DNA of 63,973 bases from a virus (IMGVR_UViG_3300032305_000764:1-63973), one strand, 5' to 3'. Counted from the stretch's first letter, positions 9,985-19,516 are shown. A program made the numbers and translations. The notes: generated from the letters alone by a model not told the origin.

Positions 9985-10034
9985 GTAGTCACCTCATACT
10001 GTATGTTTAAACATGACGTTCGCATTCTAATGAG

Positions 10035-10354
10035 TTATCAACAGCATGTAAACAGGTTGTGGATATCTTTGTGTTATCCACAGGAAGTTGTCCACAGGTT
10101 GGTAGCCTTTGCCTACTGACCCCGTTTAAACCATAGCATTTAGGCTATTTACTGTATGTTTGTACATGCCTCTAGAATCGATTTAAACGCGTTTTGAGCG
10201 ATTTTCGGTCTTCAAGCCACTACCCCCTTGGCACCCTCGCGATCGCCTCACCTGATCGATTCTGATCGATTTGCCTATTTTTTAATCAGGTACTTATCCA
10301 CACCTGACAGTCTTTTATTCACACCCCCTAAATGAACATCTTGTGGATATCTTT
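10035..10354. promoter_or_regulatory. DnaA-box cluster, candidate replication origin
   Basis: TTATCCACA at 10074 and 10294; TTATTCACA at 10315; one-mismatch boxes at 10035, 10058, 10088, 10342. Confidence 0.7.
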
Positions 10355-10421
10355 TGGGCTGATGACATATATATATAGAGCACCTGACGGTCGTTCAATA
10401 CCCGACTAGATCACAGGGCTA

Positions 10422-10451
10422 TTGACATGCCCGTTTAAATCTCCCTACAAT
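10422..10451 (+). promoter_or_regulatory. Sigma70-type early promoter
   Basis: TTGACA-N18-TACAAT upstream of the + strand operon. Confidence 0.7.
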
Positions 10452-10723
10452 ATCAACATCAGCGCTGGTGCTGATATCAATAGGAGGTTAGTGTGAACAA
10501 GTTTAAAACCTACACCCGCGAGATGCTGGTGTTTGCTCTTGCTGATTGTTATGAGACCTTGAGGGTTGGCGGGTACGCAACTGACCATCCATATGGGCGC
10601 AAGCTGTGGGCAGAGATAGATGCAATCCGAGATGCGCAAATGGAACTGCGCCGCGCTTGACATATCAGCGGTATGCCCTAGTGGCATATCAGTGCTATGT
10701 CGCACTTTTACTGGAGGTGAATC

Positions 10724-11296
10724 GTGTTTAGTACTAGGGAAGAGTATCTGACTCAGGCGGTGCAGGAACTGCGCCCTGTTTTCGCGGCGGTCGGCAAACC
10801 ATTACCCGCCAAGATCCGAGTGGCTTGCGGTTTCCCGTTGGACGCCAAGCGGTCTAAGGCAATTGGTCAGTGTTGGGCAGACAAGAATTCTGCGGACGGC
10901 AGCGTGGAGATCCTGATATCCCCCCAATTGGCAGACCCCATCCAAGTCGTTGAGGTGCTGGTACATGAGTTGTGCCACGCCACGGCGGGGGCTATGAATC
11001 ACGGCGTCAACTTTCAAGCGGCTGCGCACCTGATGCACCTCGAGCCCATCGGCGGCGGTCGTGAGGCGTGGAAGTCAACGCGCGGCAGCGCCACATTCAT
11101 GCCCACATTCGGGGACATCATTGGGTCATTGGGTGACTATCCCCATGCAGCCCTGTCGTTTAGCACCCGCAAGACTCAGGGCACACGCATGCTCAAAGCC
11201 GAGTGCGGCTGCGGGTACACCATCAGGCTGACCAACAAGTGGGCAGCGCAGGGTTTGCCTACATGCGTTTGCGGCGGCACGTTTCAATTAACTTAA
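10724..11296 (+). CDS. SprT-like zinc metalloprotease with C-terminal Zn ribbon
   Basis: VLVHELCHA...HGVNF; CGCG...CVCG; GGAGGTG ribosome-binding site. Confidence 0.8.
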   Translation: MFSTREEYLTQAVQELRPVFAAVGKPLPAKIRVACGFPLDAKRSKAIGQCWADKNSADGSVEILISPQLADPIQVVEVLVHELCHATAGAMNHGVNFQAAAHLMHLEPIGGGREAWKSTRGSATFMPTFGDIIGSLGDYPHAALSFSTRKTQGTRMLKAECGCGYTIRLTNKWAAQGLPTCVCGGTFQLT

Positions 11297-11306
11297 GGGG
11301 GGTTTC

Positions 11307-12731
11307 ATGGATCGCACACATCTGACGGTAACGCTCTCGGTAATGCCCGAGGCGCGAATCATTGCGGCGTTTAAACAGTACAACGCACACCCTTGGCAGA
11401 CCGCCACAAAGGAGGAGGCTGTTGAGTGGCTAGTGGACTCGATGGTGTCGGGCAGAATCACCGCCACAATTGATGACATAAAAACTTTGCCCATCGATTA
11501 TCCATCACTCAAACAGGCGGTTGACAACCGCCAAGTGGATAAAACGGCGGCAGCGGCGGGTGCTCTCGCGGGTAAGGCGCATGATGCGGCGGTCGATGCC
11601 CTTGAAAAGGCAGACAAGTTGGCTGCCGAACTGTCCGCAAGTAAAGCGCAGGTAACGCGCCTTGCAAAGCAGGTCAGTGACATGTCCAGCGTGGACACCG
11701 ATAGCGTCAAGGTCGCGGTGGCTGCTGCCGTGGCTGCTGAGTTTGCACCGTTTAAACAGGCGGTTGTCGCGGCTGGTGCTCAGGCTGTGGTCGGGTCAAT
11801 GTCCGATGTCCGCTGCGAGGACTTCAAGACTGCGCTCGAGGTGTTCGGCGTGGACGTGCGAGACACTAAGGGTAAGCAGATGACCGTAAGCATTTGGAAT
11901 GACCCCTCTGCCCCCGCCGTGGATCCTGACTTCATTTGGACTGAGGGCATTTTGAAGCATTTGCTGTTGTCTGACCGGACGGGCGAAAATATTTGGTTTG
12001 GCGGCGAAAAGGGCACGGGTAAATCCGAGACCGCCCGTCAATTTGCGGCGCGTACAGGGCGCGGGTATGTCCGCATCAACTTTCACAAGCACACCTCTGC
12101 CGAGGAGTATCTTGGCGCGACCGGTCTTAAAAATGGTGAAACCGTTTTCGAGCCCCGTGATTTCCTGATGGCGTACACCTCACCCTCGACCGTCATTCTG
12201 CTGGATGAGGTGACCAATGCAGATGCGGGTGAACTTGCACCCCTCAATGGTTTCTTGGAGCCTATGGCTGCCGTCTCTTTTGGAGGTCGGGAGTGGGCTC
12301 GCGCTGCTGGTGTGCTGGTCTTCGCAGCCGACAATACATTTGGTTCGGGTGATGACACTGGTCGCTACACGGGAACACGCCAACAAAACGTGGCGCTGGT
12401 CGACCGTTTCAGCCGACTTGTGCCCTTTACTTTCCTGCCCCAATCACAGGAGATCGAGGCGATCTGCAAGCGCACGGGCTGCAACCGCGATGTGGCAGAG
12501 CACACCCATTCAGCCATTCGCGTGGCGCGTCAACGAGTGGCTGATGGGGATATCATCGATGCCCCATCCATCCGGTCGGTGATGGCGTTCATCCGAGCCC
12601 TGTCGGTTTTGGATGTGAATGAAGCATGGGAGACCGCTATCGTGTCCCGCCAACCATCCGAAAGTCATGCCATGCTGCGCGGCATTTTTGTTTCTCAAAT
12701 CAACCCCTCTTATTTACTGGACAACCTGTAA
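11307..12731 (+). CDS. MoxR/CbbQ/CobS-like AAA+ ATPase
   Basis: Walker A GEKGTGKS, Walker B ILLDE, ALVDRF; N-terminal coiled coil. Confidence 0.88.
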   Translation: MDRTHLTVTLSVMPEARIIAAFKQYNAHPWQTATKEEAVEWLVDSMVSGRITATIDDIKTLPIDYPSLKQAVDNRQVDKTAAAAGALAGKAHDAAVDALEKADKLAAELSASKAQVTRLAKQVSDMSSVDTDSVKVAVAAAVAAEFAPFKQAVVAAGAQAVVGSMSDVRCEDFKTALEVFGVDVRDTKGKQMTVSIWNDPSAPAVDPDFIWTEGILKHLLLSDRTGENIWFGGEKGTGKSETARQFAARTGRGYVRINFHKHTSAEEYLGATGLKNGETVFEPRDFLMAYTSPSTVILLDEVTNADAGELAPLNGFLEPMAAVSFGGREWARAAGVLVFAADNTFGSGDDTGRYTGTRQQNVALVDRFSRLVPFTFLPQSQEIEAICKRTGCNRDVAEHTHSAIRVARQRVADGDIIDAPSIRSVMAFIRALSVLDVNEAWETAIVSRQPSESHAMLRGIFVSQINPSYLLDNL

Positions 12732-14293
12732 TGAAAACCTACAAGGGCTACGTGTTTAAACGCGCGGTGCAGGATCTGATCTTGAAGTGCGCTGCCGAGT
12801 TGAACCTGTCGGTGCGAATCAAGTGGACTGACGCCATCACAACCGCTGGTATCAACACGCACGGTGACTTGTACTTGGCTGACGTGCTGGATGATGCGGC
12901 GCTCAAGCATAAGGATCTTGTCAAGTATTGCGGGTTTGGGGTGCATGAACTGCTCCATGCGAAGCATACGAACTTCAACGCAACAAGCAACACCGATTAC
13001 CTGCGCACTCTGCACAATGCGGTCGAGGATGCGTGGATCGAGCACAACGGCATTGCCCAATGTTTCACGGGCAACATCAGCAACCTGTTGGGTGAGTTGA
13101 TTGAAATGATGACCGCTGACGCCATCAAGAATGTGAAGTCATGGTCTGACCCCGCCCAATACCCGTTTGCGCTTGCCGTTTACCTGCGCAACCATGCCAA
13201 GACTAAAGTGCCCTTGGCTAAAGGTCTAAAGCCGATATTCGATGAGGCTGCCATCAGACTGAAAACCTGTCAATCCAGTTACCATACCTTGGGGGTTGCT
13301 GAGTGGGTCTTGGAGCAACTCAAGGGTTTGCCCAAAAAGCCTCCAGCAAAGCCGCCAAAACCCGCTAAGAGCGCCGATCAGGATCAGGGTAAGGGTGAGG
13401 GTAAGGGTGACGCCGAAAACGCGCCTGAGGACGCTCCTGACGATGGCGAGGCTGGTGACGCGACCGCTCCAAGTAAAGACACCGAGGCAATGCCTGTCGA
13501 GCCAACCCTCGATGCGGAAGAAAAGGGCGGACAGGGCGGCTACTGCGAATCAGGTGTGCGTGATGCTGATCGGGTGATTGGTGACAAGTGGCTTGAGCCT
13601 GACATTGTCGTACCCGCCAAGCTGCGCCATGAGATCAAGCGTCTGTTTGATAACAGCGGTCTTGATGAATTTCAGATGAACCGCAAAGCAGGGTCAATTA
13701 ATACCGCTGCCCTGTCCCGCGCTGGATTTTCTGCTGGTGTGTTTAAACGTAGGCATGAGGTGGACGGTATCGACTCTGCCGTGGCTATCGTGCTGGACAT
13801 CAGCGACTCGATGACTACTGACGGTGGACAGGATCCTAAGACGGGCAGGGGGCTGCGCTTACTCACCGCCACTCAGGCTTGCATTGCGCTGCTGGACACC
13901 CTAAACCGTGCGCAGGTGCAGACTGCTGTTCTCGCGTTTGCCCAATACACGGCGGTGATCAAGCCCTTTTCAATGTCTGCCAAAAAAGGTGTTGAGGCGC
14001 TGTGCAAGATCAGGACAAAGGGCAGCACCAACGATTACTTTGCGGTGCGCCATGCGCACAACATGCTGATGGATCGACCTGAGCGGCGCAAGATCACATT
14101 TGTGTTGACTGACGGGTATGGCAACACGGCAGACACCAAGACTCAGGTGCAGGTGGGTAATCGGATGGGCATCACAACCATAGGCATAGGCATCCAGCAT
14201 TCGGTCGAGCGCATTTACGACCAAGCCGTGCGCGTGGATGAGATCAGCCAATTGGGTAAGGTTTCGTTCAATCAAATCAAGTTGACTTTTTAA
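12731..14293 (+). CDS. CobT-like VWA protein with N-terminal zincin-like motif
   Basis: TAATG overlap with the AAA gene; HELLH...NAVED; acidic linker; MIDAS DISDS...T...LTDG. Confidence 0.85.
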   Translation: MKTYKGYVFKRAVQDLILKCAAELNLSVRIKWTDAITTAGINTHGDLYLADVLDDAALKHKDLVKYCGFGVHELLHAKHTNFNATSNTDYLRTLHNAVEDAWIEHNGIAQCFTGNISNLLGELIEMMTADAIKNVKSWSDPAQYPFALAVYLRNHAKTKVPLAKGLKPIFDEAAIRLKTCQSSYHTLGVAEWVLEQLKGLPKKPPAKPPKPAKSADQDQGKGEGKGDAENAPEDAPDDGEAGDATAPSKDTEAMPVEPTLDAEEKGGQGGYCESGVRDADRVIGDKWLEPDIVVPAKLRHEIKRLFDNSGLDEFQMNRKAGSINTAALSRAGFSAGVFKRRHEVDGIDSAVAIVLDISDSMTTDGGQDPKTGRGLRLLTATQACIALLDTLNRAQVQTAVLAFAQYTAVIKPFSMSAKKGVEALCKIRTKGSTNDYFAVRHAHNMLMDRPERRKITFVLTDGYGNTADTKTQVQVGNRMGITTIGIGIQHSVERIYDQAVRVDEISQLGKVSFNQIKLTF

Positions 14294-14302
14294 GGGGGTG
14301 TT

Positions 14303-14479
14303 ATGTATCGAGTGATGAAGAAGGATGATTGGTATGAGGTGGTGGAGGTTTTGTGTGAGGGCGATACCCCCATAGGGTATGCGCGAGTGGTACTGGAGGG
14401 CGAGGATATTGATGAGATCAGAGGGGAGTTATTGAAGATGACCGTAGCATTTAATAAACCAATTTTGGAGGTGGCGTAA
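14303..14479 (+). CDS. Small hypothetical protein (58 aa)
   Basis: Translated by hand (MYRVMKKDDWYEV...); AAGGGGG ribosome-binding site. Confidence 0.55.
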   Translation: MYRVMKKDDWYEVVEVLCEGDTPIGYARVVLEGEDIDEIRGELLKMTVAFNKPILEVA

Positions 14480-14622
14480 TGTATTTAGTTTTTAACCACA
14501 ATGGAACCCTGTTGGGGAAGTTCAAGTCCCGTAAAGCAGCCGAGCAGGAAGCTATTTTTTACAGGGATCAGACGGGCAATGGGGCATATGTACTTACAAG
14601 GAGGCAGTATGAAAACATCTGA
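14479..14622 (+). CDS. Small hypothetical protein (47 aa)
   Basis: TAATG coupling, GGAGG upstream; MYLVFNHNGTLLGKF... Confidence 0.55.
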   Translation: MYLVFNHNGTLLGKFKSRKAAEQEAIFYRDQTGNGAYVLTRRQYENI

Positions 14623-14941
14623 ATTGAAGGGAATAGCCCTTGATTGGGCGGTAGCGAAGTGCGAGGGATTTGGTGATTCGCCTAGGTCTATGGAAATATT
14701 TATGTATCAGCAATCGAGGGGCATGGGTTACTGTTACTCAACCGACTGGTCAAGGGGTGGCCCGATCATTGAACGAGAAATGATTGAGCTTGTGCCGCAA
14801 ACACCCAATTTGTGGGACGCCATGTACATGGGGCAGCACATTCCCTATGAGGGCTCTACGCCCCTTATTGCAGCGATGCGGTGCTTTGTGGCATCGAGGA
14901 TGGGTGACGACATCGAACTACCCGAAGAAATAGGAGGCTGA
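14609..14941 (+). CDS. NinX/DUF2591-family phage protein
   Basis: MKTSELKGIALDWAVAKCEG...YSTDWSRGGPIIERE...TPLIAAMRCFVAS. Confidence 0.75.
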   Translation: MKTSELKGIALDWAVAKCEGFGDSPRSMEIFMYQQSRGMGYCYSTDWSRGGPIIEREMIELVPQTPNLWDAMYMGQHIPYEGSTPLIAAMRCFVASRMGDDIELPEEIGG

Positions 14942-14943
14942 TC

Positions 14944-16194
14944 ATGGCTACATACAAAGGGATAGTTGCATACCGCGCATACCAAACGGTTTACGTAGAA
15001 GCAGACAACGGGGAGGAAGCCGCGCGGTTAATACAAGAAGAGTTTGACCTGAGTCGTGCAGATGCAGAGATGGACGTTTGCGACTTAGAGGAGATCAAGC
15101 ATGAAAAAATCTGACAACATTGTCGTCATCATTGACGGCGACATCAGGGGTGCGGAGGTCGTTGAGGTTTTGCCCAACGGGGACATTGTGACCAGTGTCA
15201 AAGATTACTACGGGGGCTACACGGCATTCCCGCGCAATAATGTTTTTACCGTTTCCGAGTGGGAGCAAGTCAAAGGAGAGTACGCATGAATGCAGCACGC
15301 AAAAAGAAACCAACGTTTAAACACCAATCGAGTTATAACCCGTACAACACGGGGAAGGTTTTGATCGGTTCAAATTATTTCCCCCGCAAGAATTATGTGT
15401 GCCGCGAGGGGGAGAAGGTTCAGGCTGCGCTCTTGGGGATCGAGTCTGAGACCAGTAGGAGAAGGGTCAGAGGGTACATTCTGTACATGCTGATGGTGTT
15501 TGCTTTGTTTACGATTGCAGCAAGTTTTTAAGGGGGTTGTATGTACATTGGTGCTTACGTTGAAATTGAATGGTGGGACAACAAGGAGCGCGAAAACTCC
15601 TACATTTCGCTGATGCAGTATGACGAGGAAAACAATGTAGACACGGCGGGGGTGCCCGATGACAACATTGTGTTCTATGCTGATTCTGTGGAACACTTGG
15701 AGAACATGCGGTTTAAAGGGTATGCGCCCTTTAGGCTGGTGAGTTACGAACTGGTGGAACAAGATGATTCATCGAATGTCTGAAACCCTGCGGGATCTCC
15801 TGCGGGTGTTGGAGAATTCTGATCTGCCTGTTGCGTATCAAGCGACAGTTGTTGCAAAGTTGTTGTGCATGTTTGCGGTCGAGAACATTTCAAAGGAGGA
15901 GTTTTTGTACGACCTTGAAACCATGTATGACTTTGAGATGGAGCCGAAGGGGGATATACATTGAAGCCAGCCCCCGTGCTGACATCAAATCACCCCACAT
16001 TTTTATTGGAAGTCAAGAAACAAGGAGAACATATAAGTTTAGTTTGTGATGTTAAAAAGATACCTATAGGTTCCAAATACATCGCATACCACGACCGACG
16101 CTTTGTTGTATTTAAACGCTCACAAGACTCGGATCGTTTTGTCAAGTCTTTTCCAAATGTATGTTCTGCGGTGTTTTGTGTCAGGAAAAAATAA
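14944..16194 (+). other. Run of six small hypothetical early genes (14944-15114, 15101-15289, 15286-15531, 15541-15783, 15776-15964, 15961-16194)
   Basis: Overlapping start/stop codons, each with a purine-rich ribosome-binding site. Confidence 0.6.
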
Positions 16195-16219
16195 GGGGGC
16201 TCATGCCCCCTTTTTCTTT
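16187..16219. terminator. Bidirectional intrinsic terminator between convergent operons
   Basis: AAGGGGGC-TCAT-GCCCCCTT with flanking A and T tracts. Confidence 0.8.
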
Positions 16220-17909
16220 AGAACGAATCCATGCATTCCGAGTAATTCCCTGCGGTCTTGTTGTAGAGCAGGGTCGTTTCCCCTTGAGCCCCCACCCAAC
16301 GGTATCTACATTTCCATACCGCAACTTCAACCACCGAACCCTGACCCCTGTGGACTGTGATGCCGCAGTCGGTCTTAGCCCACCAAGCCATTGATCCTGA
16401 GATCGCCATGCCATCAGGGCGCGGTTGTTCGTTACCTGAACGGGTCATCTTAGAAGGGTGAGCCACAAAGAATGTGTGTACATCATGCGCCTTGCAGAAC
16501 TTTTGGATCTTGGTCAGCATGTTGCTGATCGCCTCGGTTTCTGTACTGTCTTTGCGCTCTAGTTCAAGGTAGTTGTACGGGTCAATCAATAGACCCCTGA
16601 CACCCATTCGTTTAACGGCTGCGCGTGATCTGTCAAGGATCGATTCAAGGGTATTTGGATCCTCTCCGTTGGAGTCAATGAATAGAAAATGATCCTGCAC
16701 CCATTTAAACGCACGTTCTCTTTCGGGCTCGGACATCCTGTCTTTGCCGTCAAAGAATCTCTTGCCCGTATAGATCTCCATGAGACGGGTGATGTGGATC
16801 TCGGGCTGGTTCTCAAACGAGCACAACGCAAACTTCCAGTCGTGGGCACGGGCGAGGTTCACCATGATTTGATCCACAAAGTTGGACTTGCCCATTGAGG
16901 GGTAACCCGTCACAACTGTGAGTTGACCAGTAGCAACTGTATAGATCTCATCTAGGGATTTGTATCCCGTGCTGAATCCTTTGCCCGTGCCTTTTGCGTA
17001 GAGGTCGTTGATCCTGTCGAGGTAGGTCTGCGCCTCGCTGATGCCCGAAATGGGATAGGGCTGCGCGTTCTGAATGATGTCGATGACCGTATCCTGTGTC
17101 GGGTCATCCTCCATGTGGATTTCGTTTAAATCCTTTTTGGCAAACTTGGCAAGTCGGCACTTTTCTTTTCCGATGCGTCTTGCAAGCTCTTCAGCCAATG
17201 CCTGACCGGGGGTGTCCTGATCGGTCGCTAGAACGATATAAGGTGCAGCGTCAATGATCTCCCGAGCATTCCACACATAGGAAAACTTTTTATCCTCAGA
17301 GGGGTGAACCTTGCCATCTGCCACCTTGACTGGTGCGCCCGACGGGACGGACACGACGTTGTTTAAACCTATCTCTACCGCAGTCAGGTAATCCATTTCC
17401 CCCTCTACGATAACGAGGGGCTCACCCTTGATAACGTTCTCTATTCCGAAAAAATCATGCGCCCCACCCATCTCTTGAGTGAAGTCTTTGTCTTCAATGG
17501 ATCTGTACTTAGCGGAGACGAGCGCCCCGTTCCGGTAGTAGGGGAACCCGATAGCTTCGGTCTCCCTGTTTAACTTCCGAAAGAATTTTCTTGCGGAAAA
17601 CAATTGCGTTTTGTCTGCGGTCTCCTTGGATATTCCCCTTGTTTTTAAGAATGCGTAATGCTCCGCTCTCAATGCGTTGCTCAAGATCGTTGGGTTTGGT
17701 ACAGCGGACAAAAATCTGCCCTTCCTTTCTGTTGGTTGTACTGAACCACTAGCCATGCAATGATGGCAGTGGTAGACGATAGCGCCGTCACCCTTGCGGG
17801 TAAGGGTCATGTCTTTTGCTCTCTTCTTGCGTTCAGGTTCGCAGAATGGACATACAACACGAGTTGTATCCCCAAAATGTGTAACGCCGATGATGTCTTC
17901 AATGAGCAT
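16218..17909 (-). CDS. T7 gp4/Twinkle-like primase-helicase
   Basis: Zn finger CPFC...CHHC, TOPRIM VEGEMD and ATDQD, Walker A GYPSMGKS, LLIDPY, FVAHP. Confidence 0.92.
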   Translation of the reverse strand: MLIEDIIGVTHFGDTTRVVCPFCEPERKKRAKDMTLTRKGDGAIVYHCHHCMASGSVQPTERKGRFLSAVPNPTILSNALRAEHYAFLKTRGISKETADKTQLFSARKFFRKLNRETEAIGFPYYRNGALVSAKYRSIEDKDFTQEMGGAHDFFGIENVIKGEPLVIVEGEMDYLTAVEIGLNNVVSVPSGAPVKVADGKVHPSEDKKFSYVWNAREIIDAAPYIVLATDQDTPGQALAEELARRIGKEKCRLAKFAKKDLNEIHMEDDPTQDTVIDIIQNAQPYPISGISEAQTYLDRINDLYAKGTGKGFSTGYKSLDEIYTVATGQLTVVTGYPSMGKSNFVDQIMVNLARAHDWKFALCSFENQPEIHITRLMEIYTGKRFFDGKDRMSEPERERAFKWVQDHFLFIDSNGEDPNTLESILDRSRAAVKRMGVRGLLIDPYNYLELERKDSTETEAISNMLTKIQKFCKAHDVHTFFVAHPSKMTRSGNEQPRPDGMAISGSMAWWAKTDCGITVHRGQGSVVEVAVWKCRYRWVGAQGETTLLYNKTAGNYSECMDSF

Positions 17910-17910
17910 C

Positions 17911-18147
17911 TTATTTGTTGTCTGCTTGATTAGCTGATTTGTCTCTTAATCTTAAGTTTCCTTTCGTTGTTTTCCCGCCTTTGCGTAGCGGAATCTTGTG
18001 ATCAATGTCTTTACCAGAACGATCTATACCTTTTTTATCGTATAGCCTACGCGCCTTTTGTCTTTCAAGTTGATCTTTTGTTTCCCCAGATTCCTTTTGT
18101 AATTTGTATGCGTGTTTGTAATCACGCTTTCCATTTGCCTGCGTCAT
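17911..18147 (-). CDS. Small HNH-like protein
   Basis: GKDIDHKIPLRKGG...NLRL...N. Confidence 0.7.
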   Translation of the reverse strand: MTQANGKRDYKHAYKLQKESGETKDQLERQKARRLYDKKGIDRSGKDIDHKIPLRKGGKTTKGNLRLRDKSANQADNK

Positions 18148-18584
18148 GTGATCTCCAACTGTTTAAACCTATTAGTATTCAAGAGAACGCATGGCTCAAT
18201 GTCTTGCCAATCACCCCTATCGGTGCGCCCCCTCACCAAAACATCATCAGGCTTGAAGTCCCTGAACGTTGCATGGTACAGCCCATCAGTGGCTTTTACA
18301 ACTAGAACAAACGGAAGACCACTTGCCCTTGTCAAACTTTCTGCGCTCGACCATTTGCCGATGCTCATCAGATACCCCCCAAAAGAGTCAATCTGCGCCA
18401 TTGTGTAGTTGCGTGTTTTCACCTCGCAGAAAGCCACAGCTTTGCTGTTACGTTGAATGACAAAATCAAGGTGATATCGGATGGGCAATTTAGACATGGT
18501 GCAATTCCATGCCTTTTCCAAAACCTGTACGACAGAGGTTTCCCTGTCAAGGTCTGAGCCCGTTTCGTAGAGGGGTCGTCCCAT
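18144..18584 (-). CDS. PD-(D/E)xK-like nuclease, hypothetical
   Basis: LDFVI...FCEVKTR; start chosen after GAGGAG. Confidence 0.6.
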   Translation of the reverse strand: MGRPLYETGSDLDRETSVVQVLEKAWNCTMSKLPIRYHLDFVIQRNSKAVAFCEVKTRNYTMAQIDSFGGYLMSIGKWSSAESLTRASGLPFVLVVKATDGLYHATFRDFKPDDVLVRGRTDRGDWQDIEPCVLLNTNRFKQLEIT

Positions 18585-18852
18585 CACTCTCCTCATGCCC
18601 CTTATCGGGGCTGTTGATAAATTCCACCCAAAGACCCCCCTTCCCCACACAGAGAAAAAAGATCAGGATGGTTCCACCGCCTCACGGCATCTGCATGTTA
18701 ATTAATTAACCCCTATGCTTGCAGACTCGACCAGCACCACGGATTCTTGGGAGTAGTTGCTCCGCGCCACAACGCTTACCGTGTAACCCTTTTCTTCCGC
18801 GCAGTCAGGTTGAACTCTTGCTATCGTGCGGAGTACGTCAGGCGTAGAAAAC

Positions 18853-18946
18853 AAAAAAGCCGTTAGAACAGAACCCGGTGGAAACGCATCAATCCTTGTG
18901 GGACGAATGGGCACCCCAGTCGGGGTCGGGATCTGATCTAACGGCT
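18853..18946 (-). ncRNA. C4/CI-like antisense RNA (multi-stem junction with U-tract)
   Basis: Closing stem AGCCGTTAGA/TCTAACGGCT, two inner hairpins, unpaired GUUUCCAC complementary to upstream and downstream GUGGAA sites. Confidence 0.65.
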
Positions 18947-18970
18947 CTCTAGGTTTCCACACCTGCTTGA

Positions 18971-18998
18971 ACTATACACAATTCAAATAGAAATGCAA
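18971..18998 (-). promoter_or_regulatory. Sigma70-type promoter of the replication operon leader
   Basis: TTGCAT-N16-TATAGT just upstream of the RNA element. Confidence 0.55.
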
Positions 18999-19036
18999 GA
19001 ACTTTTTGATTGCAATTTGAGAACGATTGATTTAAA

Positions 19037-19516
19037 CTACGTTCGCAACTTCTCCTGTTGCACTGTTTCATACAGTTGCCTCTCCTTGCCCCCAGCCTTG
19101 CGCTGGGGTTTTTTTGGGGCAATCTCAGGGATGCATTGAACGATGATCTCTGACCTAGGGTTGTCGGGATCTAGCCCCCAGTAGGTGTGTCTTTCTTTGA
19201 CCTGACGGTCGTTCTCATAAACAAACCCCTGCATCAGATCCAAGATCAATGACTCATCCAAATCAGGACGGCGGGATGCGTAATAAATATGCATCGTCAC
19301 CCGAAGATCTCCCTGCATCAATGGTTGCAGCGGCTTCAATTGCAGTTTAAACGCATCAGAATACTTGAGTGCTTTGTCGGACTTTATCAGTCGAGACATG
19401 TTGCCAAACCTCACAACCCTCCTGCTGTTTGCCTTTGATGCAGGTTCTCCAAAAATAATTAAAGATAGGGATTGCAATTCTTGATTGATTGCACTATCAT
19501 TCATTTTGTCAGTCAT
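19037..19516 (-). CDS. rusA: RusA-like Holliday junction resolvase
   Basis: GEPASKANSRR...RPDLD...ILDLMQGFVYENDRQV. Confidence 0.8.
   Translation of the reverse strand: MTDKMNDSAINQELQSLSLIIFGEPASKANSRRVVRFGNMSRLIKSDKALKYSDAFKLQLKPLQPLMQGDLRVTMHIYYASRRPDLDESLILDLMQGFVYENDRQVKERHTYWGLDPDNPRSEIIVQCIPEIAPKKPQRKAGGKERQLYETVQQEKLRT

Noticed and set aside
12626-12730. Longer N-terminus of the VWA gene as given in the ORF track
   Set aside because: It overlaps the AAA gene; the TAATG junction at 12731 is the better start
11307-14293. Cobalamin biosynthesis (cobS/cobT) auxiliary genes
   Set aside because: No CobN or other cob genes seen; a generic MoxR-VWA role is more parsimonious
18702-18962. 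86-aa ORF
   Set aside because: It runs through the structured RNA and its U-tract and starts immediately after the promoter; a short leader peptide is not excluded
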